DNA of 64,000 bases from contig CM052839.1 of the NCBI GenBank assembly GCA_028534125.1, forward strand, positions 10,540,001 through 10,604,000, read 5' to 3'. Positions 11,870 through 22,964 of the stretch are shown piece by piece. Source of the DNA: Lama glama (Eukaryota). The first letter of the stretch is position 1. Each line of letters starts with the position of its first letter. The notes below the pieces were generated by a model, which was not told the origin of the DNA, searched no databases, and saw only the letters and a program-made list of their open reading frames with translations. A program made the translations under genes and the position numbers.

Positions 11870-14110
11870 AATTGTATGTTCCTGTCAAGAGACAAGCATA
11901 AAACAACATGGCACAGAAAGGTTAGATATAAAAGGATAGGTGAAGCTTATCAGGCAAATACAAACAAAGAGAAAGCTGGGTTGGCAATATAAATATCAGA
12001 TCAAGAGGACTTAAAGGCAAAAAAAAAAGGCATTAAATAAGACAGAAAGGGTTATTTGATGTTGATAAAGGATACAAGCCACAAAGAAAACATAAGCACC
12101 ATGAGGTTTTTGTGCTGAATAAGGTAACTATGAAATATATAAAACCAATTCTATAACAAATAGAAAGAGAAAATGACAGGAACACAACAGTAGCAGGAGA
12201 CCTGGATCCACCTCCCTCAGTCTCTGACAGATTAAGTAGGCAAAGAATGAATTAGGGTAGAGAGGAACTGAATAATGCATTTCATGTGTCTGATTTAATA
12301 GTATATGTCAATGTCATACTCTACAAGAAGAAAATATACCTTTTCTCTACATACTCATGAAACAGTCACAAAAATTGATCCTATATTAGCCCACAAAGGA
12401 AATCTCAATAAATTCCAAAAAGCAGAAATTGTACAGGCCCTGCTCCCTGACCACAATACAATAAAACAGAAAATTAATGGCGAAAGTTCAAACCAACAAA
12501 CCCAAACACTTTGAAATTTGACAACACTTGCTAAAGAAATCTTGGGTCAGAGAGGAAATCAAGGCTGTAATTACAGATCATTTAGGACTTAACAGCAATA
12601 AGAATATTGCATATCACGCTTGTGGGATAGCGCCAGAGACAAATGCAGAGCTAAAGACCTTATGTTATTGACAGAAAAGAGTAAGAAGAAGTGGACTAAA
12701 GATTCCAGCTCAAAAATCAGCAAACGATAACAAACCAAACCAGAGAAAACTAGGAGGCAGAAATTAACAAATCCAAAAGCATAAAATAATGATTTAAAGG
12801 GGAAAAAAAGAACTAGTATGTAAAGAGAACCTTTTCCAAATATGATGCTGAAGCAATTAAACATCTGATCTGCAAACAGAAACCAAATAACCACAAACCC
12901 TCAACGCAAGTCTCACACCTTATGTAGAAAGGAACTCTAAATGGATCATGGACTTAAATGTAAATACAAAACATCTAGGGGAAAAGAGGTAGTTCTTTGA
13001 AAAAGAAAAATAATGTGAATAAATTGCTAATCCAGAAAATATTAACCCAGAACACTAAGAATGAGCAAAGGAATATAATTTCATATAGAGAGGGTTTTTT
13101 TTTTTTTTAGGAAATGCTACAGTTTTAAGCCAATAAAGTTTTCAATGTTCAATGGATTTAAGAAAAATAGAAATTACGAACTGAATTTAGAATTAGAAAA
13201 TGTGAATGAATCAGTATGCAAGGAAAATGCTGCCAAGCACAAGAGGCCGTGTACAGAACGGTTATGGATGTGGGTTCTAGTGCCAGCCTGCCTGGATTTG
13301 CATCCCAGCTTCCCCTGTTGGGCAAATTACTCAACCTCTTCAAACCTCAGTTTCCTTAACGCTAAACTGCTGAGGATAACAGCATCCATCTCCCCAAGCT
13401 GTTGTGCAGGCAGCGAAATAACGAGCCAAGCCTCTACCACAGCGCAAACAGAAGGACTCCCCAAAAGATACCAGGCATTTTTATCATTGCTTTCCTTTAA
13501 ACTTCCAAAGAACAGATATCTCAGGTGCTCTGTTAATAGTTTCAAGGCATACAGAAAAGTGAACCCTAGGCACTTACACAACATCCTTATCTTGATACAA
13601 AATCCTGACATGTTAGCACACAAAAATGCAAATTTTCTTTCTGAATACATAGGAATTAAATAAAATGTATGCAAATGGAATCCAGTGTTGTAATGAAAGA
13701 ATAAGACACAAAAATCAAATAAGATATTTCCTAGGGATAGACGAATAGTTCAGTATGAGGAAATCCATTAATCCAATTCATCACATCGCCTGGCAACTGG
13801 CAGTGTGCTGACCAAGAAACGCTGCTTTTAGTTATTTGCCTAAAGAAATAAGACATGGAGAAAAAGTGTGTTCAAGGTTGTTTGGTGTAAATTCATTGAA
13901 TTTTTAAACAATCTAAATACACATTAATAGGTTAATAGGGGAATGTTTATATACATAAATAAACATTATGCTTAAACTATATTTGGAAGCATACAATAGA
14001 CTATTCTATAGAAAGGGCTCTGAAATCATATAAAAGACCATTTTAAAACATGAAAATATATTCAAGATGCATTGTCCATTAAGTATAAAGGAAACAGATT
14101 AAAAGCAGTA
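11870..14110 (+). mobile_element. Very old L1 (L1ME-like) ORF2 endonuclease/RT relic, interrupted by a MIR (~13240-13440) and a duplicated L1 piece
   Basis: ORF 12305-12514 (KYTFSLHTHETVTKIDPILAHKGNLNKFQKAEI...DHNTIK) is L1 endonuclease C-terminal sequence. Confidence 0.8.
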
Positions 14111-15279
14111 TATGCTTACTTACATATGTGGAAACTACACATATTTATCTCTGTGTGTGTATGTACATATATGTATGAAAATTTAGGTTGTTTCTCATGC
14201 ATTTGTTATTTTGTACAAGTGTGAGGATCAAATTACCATATTTTTCTCCATGTTAAGTATTGTACTCTTGAGTCTCACTTGTGCAAAATGAGAAATACAA
14301 ATGGTTATTCACTGCAGTATCACATGTGCATGTGTGTGTGTGTATGTAAACATACACGTAGTAATTTATGGGGGAGGGAGACAAAGAAAATAGCAAAGTG
14401 TCATAATGGTTATTTTAGGACTTTTAATTTCCATTTCTTTACTTTACATTTTTTCCCTTAATGCCAATGTAGGAAAAAAATCAAACGTTAGCAAAACATC
14501 TGAAGTGAGATTCAAACAAAAGGAAAAGCACTGCACTTGTAAACAAAATAACTAAATTCAAGACATTTATCCTGTTTGTAAAGTCACCTGGAAAAAAAAA
14601 AGAACTGCTTCAAATGAGATATTGAAGATTTTTTTTTTACAGTCTCTGGAATCTGGTAGGCCAATAATATATATTATTCACATGAAAATCATTGTGAGGA
14701 TTAGTTTTAAAAAATGTATGTGAATGTGTTTAGCACAGAGCCTGGAGCACAACTGGTTACCAAGAATTATTAAGTGAACCGGAGTCATCTCCCTTTCCTG
14801 GTGACACCTAGATTCTGAAATGGAAGATGAGAAGTCTATCTCTAATTGCCACTCTCCACCATTTAACCTGGGTTCTCCCATTTCCTGCAACTGTTTATTT
14901 GACGCCGCCATATTGCTTAAAAATAAATAAACCAAAAAAATAACAAAAACAACCAAAAGCTATGAAACTGGCTTTCTCCTTGTCTCTGGAAGACAGGCAG
15001 AACAAATCTATCTTCCCTTTACCTCTCTTTCTGGATTCTCTCTTCTGGCTTAAATCCAGTCTGGGGTTGAACTGATTCAGTGTTTGGCAAATGGTTTTTC
15101 CCTGGATATAACTTAATATTCTGTTTTGGGAAGGGAGAATATCTTCATGTGAGAAATGCTGGCTTACTACCCAAACCCACACCTCACTGGATAGTGTCCA
15201 TGACTATTGAAAGACTCTGGTTTAAATCAAAAGAATGATATAATAATTCCATTGGTATGGGAAATTTTGTCTGGTAGGA

Positions 15280-15760
15280 GTGAGTACACGGGATGATTTG
15301 TCTTGGAAATGGCCTGAGACTCGAGCTAAGAGAAACCTGGACAAAAAGATATACTATGGGCCTAGATTTAGGGGATGGCCACAGGAACAGGATTTGGGGA
15401 CTCACTGGATATGGAGGATAAAGGGAGGGAAATGGTGAGCCCACGGAACATTAGTACCATGGACAGCGCTTGAGCACTGATGAACAAAATGATGAGCTCA
15501 CTTTGGGACTTAATGGTTTGGACTAAGAGCAGGCATTTCACGGGGATGCCCATAAGCAGTTTAAAATCTAACCCTGCGGATGAGACGTACCTCATGCTAG
15601 GGGTATAGACTTGAGACTTATCAATTCGGGCAAGAAGGTAAGGCCCAAGTCTTTGTAAAGACACCTAAGCCTATGGAGCAGTGGTATTCAGAGAACAGAA
15701 AAGAAAAAGGGATCTAGTGAAGGAGCTTGAGAATGAGTAGCCAGCATGTATAGTGCCAAG
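15280..15760. mobile_element. L2 LINE relic
   Basis: Degenerate purine-rich L2-like sequence (aaatgatgagctcactttgggactt..., gagacgtacc...agacttgaga). Confidence 0.5.
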
Positions 15761-16670
15761 GGTAGGGAATGAAAGCAGATCTAGCCCTGAGAGGATGGCA
15801 GGGCTATGACCCATGGTTTAGATAACTTAAAGCTAAGACCTCTTGCCTCCTCTTTCCCTTGCTTTGGTTGAAATAAGATGCATGCACCAACAAAAAACAA
15901 AAATATAACATTGAATTGAAGCAATAATACAACGTTGACCTGTGCTTTAGTGGTAAGCCAAATCTTCATGCAGTTTTAGAAGCCCTTAGAATGCCTTGAA
16001 CTCCTGGCTTTAGTAAGTATGACTATTAATTTTGTGGCTTGTTCAATCTAGGTGGACTTTTTCCATTATTAACTAAAACAAATGCTTTGGAAATATTGGG
16101 CTGTGTCACTTACAGGCAGGACAGAGCCTAGAACCCAGGGCTCCAGATCCCAGGTAGTAGACAGTTCAAGACAGCTTGTCACATCTCAGGATGCACCCAG
16201 ACACCTGTGTATAAAGACCCGGGACAAATCAGAGCTTCATAAGGTGTAAGCACCTTAAGTTAGAGCATCCTCTTCCTGGCTAACCCCCTTCCCCAACAAA
16301 AGATCTCATTCTTTTGCTCAATCCTCTACCCTACGTATGTATATTTGCCAAAGGCCCCCTACTCTCCATCCTTTTCTCCTCCACCCACCTCCACCCCCAA
16401 AAAGCCTCTACTGCTGGTCAGCCAGATCCACTGATGTGGGTGGGTCACCATGGTGATGGAGGAAGCTCTGATGCAGAAGGAGAGAGACACGAACAGCAGA
16501 GGAAGGGCCCTGCCCTTCATGTTTCTAGGGCATCCAAAGACCCAGACATTTTAGAAGTGTTTCCTTTGTCTCAGAGAAGCACAGCAGAGGTCAAGAGAGG
16601 TGCTGCTGTGTTGGAGAGATCATGGAATTTCTGAATTCTTCTTTAAAAATTTCTTTTCTGTGATTTTCAG

Positions 16671-16727
16671 GTGATCATCAGTATAACCATCCGATTTTAA
16701 GCAGCGCCACCCAGACCCCTACACATG
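16671..16727 (+). CDS. SHISA6: SHISA6 internal 57-nt coding exon (exon 4 in human numbering): (G)DHQYNHPILSSATQTPTH(E)
   Basis: Pyrimidine tract ttcttttctgtgattttcAG acceptor and GTGAGA donor. Phase 1/1, joins in frame to the 20552 exon (G+AG=Glu). Peptide matches the recalled long-isoform SHISA6 insert GDRQYNHPILSSATQTPTHE. Too short to appear in the ORF track. Confidence 0.9.
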
Positions 16728-17569
16728 GTGAGAGATGACTGAGAGTGTTCTGCATTCCATCCTCATTCAAAGTGGCTCTACCCTAACTACTGATGCCTAT
16801 CAGGGCATCAAACATCTGGGCACTGGCTCACTGAAGTGAAGGAGGTGTAAGGAGCCAGGTGCCTCCCTGCTGCAGGGCCACCATGCCTCACTCTCACTTG
16901 TAGACCATTGTCCCCTGAGTGTCTGTCTTTGATTACAGAGTGATCTTCCACCATGAAAGGGGAAGAGTAAGCCCCTTTCCTAACCCATTTCATCTGCAAC
17001 CTAGATCACTTCTTGCAGCCATAAATTCCATGTCCACAGCAAAGAGTGAACACTCTCCTTCGCCCAAGGCTACTTGCGGTACCATTTAGGAATGATACGA
17101 GATGTAGAAAACTTTATCAGTCTTCCCCAAACTAATTACGATGTGATAAAACTCAAAACCAAACTGAATAATTTGTGCGTTGGCCTCTAAGCAGGGGCAG
17201 AAACTGAAAGTTGCAGACGACAGTTGTGTCAGAATAGTGCCAAAGTGTTACAAAACCACGATCTTCCCTTAGGTTTTTACAGCCTCCCCACCCCGATTGT
17301 AACTTAACATTTGGAACTGCAGTGGGAAAATATTTTTGGTACATGCTCAAAACGTGATAGCACATTAGACAGTCATGTAAATTGGGAACTATCAGTCATT
17401 CTTCTCTCTTTGCTGTGAAAGAGTGGAAATGTCATTAAAGTTTAGTGAGAGAGAAGCTCAAAACAAAGATAAATTCTGCAGTTCATCTGGCAGAGAGACC
17501 CACCACGCTCATATCAGATTACGCTCTGCTTCAGCATTATAATTCAGAGGAAAAAAGTGGACTATTTTG

Positions 17570-18240
17570 ATGTTCCCTTCCAGTGCTAGGCTTCTGGTAG
17601 AAATATGAGATGAAGGCAACAGTTTAATAAGACATTTCAGGCTGAGAGGTCTAAGAAGAATTAGAACTGGGAGAAATCAGAGATGAGTTAAAAGAAACTG
17701 ATAGAAGTGGTGATGCTGACAGTGAGCATAGAGAGAGGGGTTCAGATATGAAACATTTTGGAGAAAGAATTGGGAGGACTCAGTTACTAACTGACTATGG
17801 CTGATAAGAGTCGATTATGAGTAAGATGGAGAGCCATGATCCATTAGAAGAATGAAGGGTCTTATTAACACACTCTAAGAAATCAGGAAAGCAGCCAGTG
17901 TCCTAGGGATGGAGCTATTGATGGTGAGTTTGGATCTGGTCACCTAGAGTCACATATAACAAAAGGATTTGCAAGCAAAATCACTCAACAGGCAGTTAGA
18001 AATGCAGATATGAAGTCTGGAGGGAGATGGCAGCTGAAGATGTAAGTTATGCTTTGGGAGCAGTAACAGAAGCCCTGGGAGTAGGGGCAATCTGTGCAAG
18101 AAGGCTGAAAGAGAAAAGCAGAAGGCAGAAGCAGAGAGCCTGGGGGAAGCCCGTGGTGATGAAGCAGCAGCAGGAAGAGAAGCCAGAAAAGGCAAGCGAG
18201 GAGCACTACGCTCACTCAGGAACATTCTGAAAGAACAACT
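17570..18240. mobile_element. L2 LINE relic
   Basis: caggcagttagaaatgcagatatgaagtctggagggagatggcagctgaagatgtaag, typical of L2. Confidence 0.6.
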
Positions 18241-20532
18241 ATGAGCTGGTTTCCCCGGGAGAAGCCAACACAAGCACAGCCTCTTGGATACAAAGGGAGG
18301 AACCATTCTTCCCTCCTCCTCTTCCTATTTTCTTTTCCACCTGGTGTGGAGAGATGAGGGAAGCTGAGACTGGGTCCCTGCCCGTGAACAGCTCACAGCC
18401 TAGTGGAAGCAGGGTTTCCTCTGTATTCCTCCCTTGGATGTTTCACTTTTCCCAGGAGCTGGCAGAACGACTATCAAGAGAGGAGGTGGCCTGTGTCTAC
18501 TTGATTAGCCAATGAACATTAATTGGATCCTTACTTGGGGTCAAGCACTATGAAGGCATCAGAAAAATTGGGAAGCAAGACTTGTGGTCTTAAGGAGATT
18601 GCCATCTTTGGAGATCAACAAGACCAGCTCCGGTCAAATGACGAGAGGCCACATAGACACTAAACGGGGTGGCACTGACTGGAAGAGCAATAGGGGATGA
18701 GGACCAGATAGCACTCCAGGCTGAAGAGATGTGACACTGTCACAGCAAAGAGTCTTGAGGGAAAGGAGAATCTGGACAAAGGAAGAGTAAGAAAGGGCAT
18801 TGCAATAGGAGAGAGAGCATGAGCGAGGGGGTAGGGGCAGATGTGGTGGAGACAGGAAGCAAGGACGGGCCAGCCTTGGCTCAGTGGTATGTTTTGGAGA
18901 ACAGTGAGGAGTAAGAACATCCAGAAATGTTGCCTTTGGAAGGGGGTGAGCTGAGTGCCGCCCTCAGTGCGAGTCTGATGCCAACAAGCAGAGGGACGTT
19001 CACTCTTCTCCAGCATGGCCCAAAGTGTAGAAACAAGAGCTACAGGGCTGCGGCTCTGACCCAGCTCTGGGTAGCAGTGCTCCCAGCTTCCTGCCTACTT
19101 TACTTCCTGGCATCTGTCCCCATCCATGCCAGACAGGCTTTTCTGTACAGCATGTTCTGATCGCTCACGGAGGTAGAGTGTCCCCCACCCCCTCACATAT
19201 GTACTGAGCTGGCATGAACACCAGCTCGCTGGCTGGGCTCCCCTGGCTCCATCCCCAGTGGTGGTGGGGGACCAGTGAAGGCAGGAATGGATAGAGAAGC
19301 AAGGCGTTCCCCGTATTGAGGTTGCCCTTGGACTAAGCCCAGGAGTGCTTCTCCTTGTCTCATAGTTCACAGCACTCTTTTGGCCAAGAGGCATGGGGAG
19401 CCACAGTCCTCTGATACATTTGTCTAAAGCTAGAGCCTGCCCTTTTTTGGGTGTCCCAAACTAAGAGGATGGAGGGACGATGGGAGAGCCACTCAGCCGC
19501 CTCATTTCTGGGAATGGTACCATTGTTTCCTCAGCAATATCTGTTGACTTCTTGCTGTGCCTCAAGTCAGCCAAGCACCAAGGCATGCTTGTCTTCCTGC
19601 CGTGGATCTTCATTCCTTTATGTCCCCCATCATCACGGCCACTCCCTCACCCATACCTGCATCTCCTCTCCCTCAGCCCCAACTCCCTTCTTAATCTGGC
19701 CCCCAGAGCCCAGCCCAGCTCATTCACCTCATTAATCATTCACCTCGTCTCTCTTTGGTCTTTTCCTCCACGTCTTCCTTACTTCTCCTCCCCAGGTCTG
19801 GCGTTGAACAACTATCCTTTCTTTCTCTTCAGACTTTCGTATGTAAAGACTCTATCTTGAGGGATGGAGGGAGAAAAGGGGATGATGTGCTAGGCATTCT
19901 GCCTACATTCTTCCCTCCAGCAGCACAGAGATGGCTAAGGGGACTTCAGAGGAAGGAGTCGGAATAAGAGGCAATGACTTTGTAGCTCACAGTGGCTTGT
20001 CAGGTGCAGGGCTTGGAGAAGCCAAAGGTTGAAGGGGTGGTATGAGAGGTGAAATAACTTTAAGGACAGTGTGGGTTGGAGTCTCAGTGGAGCTGGGTCT
20101 TGGACCCAGTCCTATGGCTAGGTAGACAAGATTGGTCACTCCTCTCCTTCTAACTCAGATTTTTCTGAGCCTGGGAGCTAGTCTGCCTAAAGCAATTAGG
20201 GAAGGGATACAACTTTCAAACTGAAATAGATGATTTTATGACCCTCCCTCAGCTCCATCAGGCTTACATTTTCACCAGACAGCTCAGTGATGTACTGGAA
20301 AAAACAGTTTGCCATCAAGGAAGGGTCTCATGGCCCATCATGGCCAGTGCAGCTAAATAGCACCTGCCCCCAGGCTTGCTGGCCAGTGGAGCTGAACATG
20401 AAAGAAACTGAGTCACCAGCACCACCTGTGTCCTAGCACAGGGGTTCAGGGAACAGGATGGGAACGAGAGCTGGAACTCGGATGCTTCTTCCCTCCCGCC
20501 TGCCCCAGCCTTTGTCCTCACTAACGCGATGA

Positions 20533-20781
<249 letters not shown>

Positions 20782-22159
20782 TGAGGACAGAGAGCAAGGT
20801 GTAGCGTGGGAGAAGAGAGCAGACAAGCCTGTTGTTCCTGTTCTTTACAGTCTCAGTCCATTCTTCCCCTCGGTAGAGTGGAGGCCATGGAATCCTCAGA
20901 TCCACATCCCCACAGGAGGCACTGCTTCAATTCACGCACCAGTTTAACTGCAAGAGAAAGCCTTTCCCCAGCCTTGCCCCACACCTGCCTTCTTCAAACC
21001 CTGGGCCTTCCTTGCTCTCTTTCTGTGTTGGAGTAGAGGCTATCAATGCCACAGTTTTCTCTGACACTCTTCCCGGAGACCTGGCTGTGGAAGGGCCCAT
21101 AATCCAGCTCCCTCCCTCACCTGTCAAAGCTGTCTTTAGAACCTGACTCCCCACTCCATGCACACACCCCATTTCATGAGTTAAGCCCAATCCATCCTAT
21201 GATCCTAGCTCTGCCATTCGAGTCTGGGGAGGCTCTGGGGACTGATGAGTTTAAGACATTACAATGTCAAGAATGTACATAGCAGGAGAGGCTTTCCAAC
21301 CCTTGGAGCTTTGGCCCCCATTTCCCGATGAGTCTGTTTTGATGACCCCCAAACTGCAGAGTGGAGCATGCACTTGAATCTACAGGGTGACCTACCACAA
21401 TAGAAGTTCAGCCCAAGTCCACATCAGCCACCTCCAAGGTGGGACAGTGAGTTTCTATGCTAAAGGTGGGAATCCCTGATGATCTGAGGAATCAGATGCA
21501 TGCCTGGGATGAGGGGATGTGGCTCAGGAGTCAGGATCTACCTGTCAGTGACCCCCCTGGGAAACCTGAGGAGCAGTCAGCATTCCCACACTCTGCAGAG
21601 ATCTAGCAGGCTGTCTGCAGGGAAGCCTCATTCCTGAAATTTGGCACAAAGCAGGCTTGGGTGTGTCCTGGGTGAGTTCAAGGGTGCAGTGGGCCTCAAG
21701 GGTGAACTCGGAGGACCTTATGGGTGGAGAAGAGGGTGGAGCATCTGAACGAGGTGCACATATGGGGCTGTCCTGGCCTGCTCATGTCGTGGGCACAGAT
21801 GAAGTGTGTGTAGACTTGATTCTGTGCTTGTGTGGGGGCTGGATGCCTGTGTGCTGGCTTCCTGTGCAGAAGCTGTTACTCCAGAGAAGGTGTTACTAGG
21901 TTCCTACGTTACCAGTAGGCATGTTCACAAGTGCCTTCTGAATGGAGCATCTTACTTTATTCTAGCAAGAGTCTGGTTCTGCAACCCAGCTTCCTGGGAG
22001 AGAAGTTCTGAACCTTATCAGGAAGCCTCAGCTACTCCTTGGGTGTTTCAGCAAGACCCAGGGAGCCATTCTGCTTCAGGACCATGGTGTGGTTCAGGGG
22101 CATAGACTTGCCATTGATTCTGCCTTGAACTCCCTGGGGACCTTGAGGAAGTCCCTTAA

Positions 22160-22320
22160 CCCCAGGATACTCATGGTGGTCCAAGGACCAGGGGCATCAG
22201 CATTGCCTGGGAATTCATTAGAAATGAAGACTCTCAGACTCACCCCAGACCCAGGTCACAATCAGAATCTACATTTAACAAGACCCCTGGGACTGATTTG
22301 CACCAGAAGCACTGCCTCTA
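22160..22320. mobile_element. MER5A-like hAT MITE (similar copies at ~4675-4840 and ~31080-31255)
   Basis: tggtccaaggaccaggggcatcagcattgcctgggaattcattagaaatg...aatcagaatctacatttaacaagacccc. Confidence 0.75.
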
Positions 22321-22413
22321 CCGGTCTGGGCTGCAGGGTCCTAGTGCAGACTTGGTGTCGCCCCAGCTGACCTCTCTCTCCCTCTCTCACTCTTGGTCTC
22401 TCCTCCCCTGCAG

Positions 22414-22964
22414 CCGACAAGGAGGCTGATGAGTATTACATGAGGAGGAGGCACCTGCCTGACCTGGCTGCCCGTGGCACCCTCCCCATCAACGTCATCC
22501 AGATGGCCCAACAGAAGCCCTTGCCACGAGAGCGACCCCGCCGGCCCCTCCGGGCCATGTCACAGGACAGGGTCCTGTCCCCGCGTCGGGGCCTGCCAGA
22601 TGAGTTCGGCATGCCCTACGACCGCATCCTGTCAGATGAGCAGCTGCTCTCCACAGAACGCCTGCATTCCCAGGACCCACTGCTGTCCCCGGAGCGGACG
22701 GCCTTCCCTGAGCAGACCCTGTCGCGGGCCATCTCGCACACGGATGTCTTTGTGTCTACGCCCGTGCTGGACCGCTACCGCATGACCAAGATGCACTCCC
22801 ATCCCAGTGCCTCCAATAACTCCTACGCCACCCTGGGCAAGAGCCAGACGGCGGCCAAGCGCCAGGCCTTTGCCTCGCGCAGACACAACACCGTGGAACA
22901 GCTGCACTACATCCCTGGCCACCATGCCTGCTACACAGCCAGCAAGACGGAAGTGACCGTGTGA
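22414..22964 (+). CDS. SHISA6: SHISA6 terminal coding exon: TDKEADEYYMRRRHLPDLAARG...HHACYTASKTEVTV*
   Basis: Acceptor tcctcccctgcAG; A+CC=Thr continues the frame. ORF 22440-22964 matches the C-terminus of the AMPA-receptor auxiliary subunit Shisa6/CKAMP52 and ends in the PDZ ligand EVTV. TGA at 22962-22964. Confidence 0.97.
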
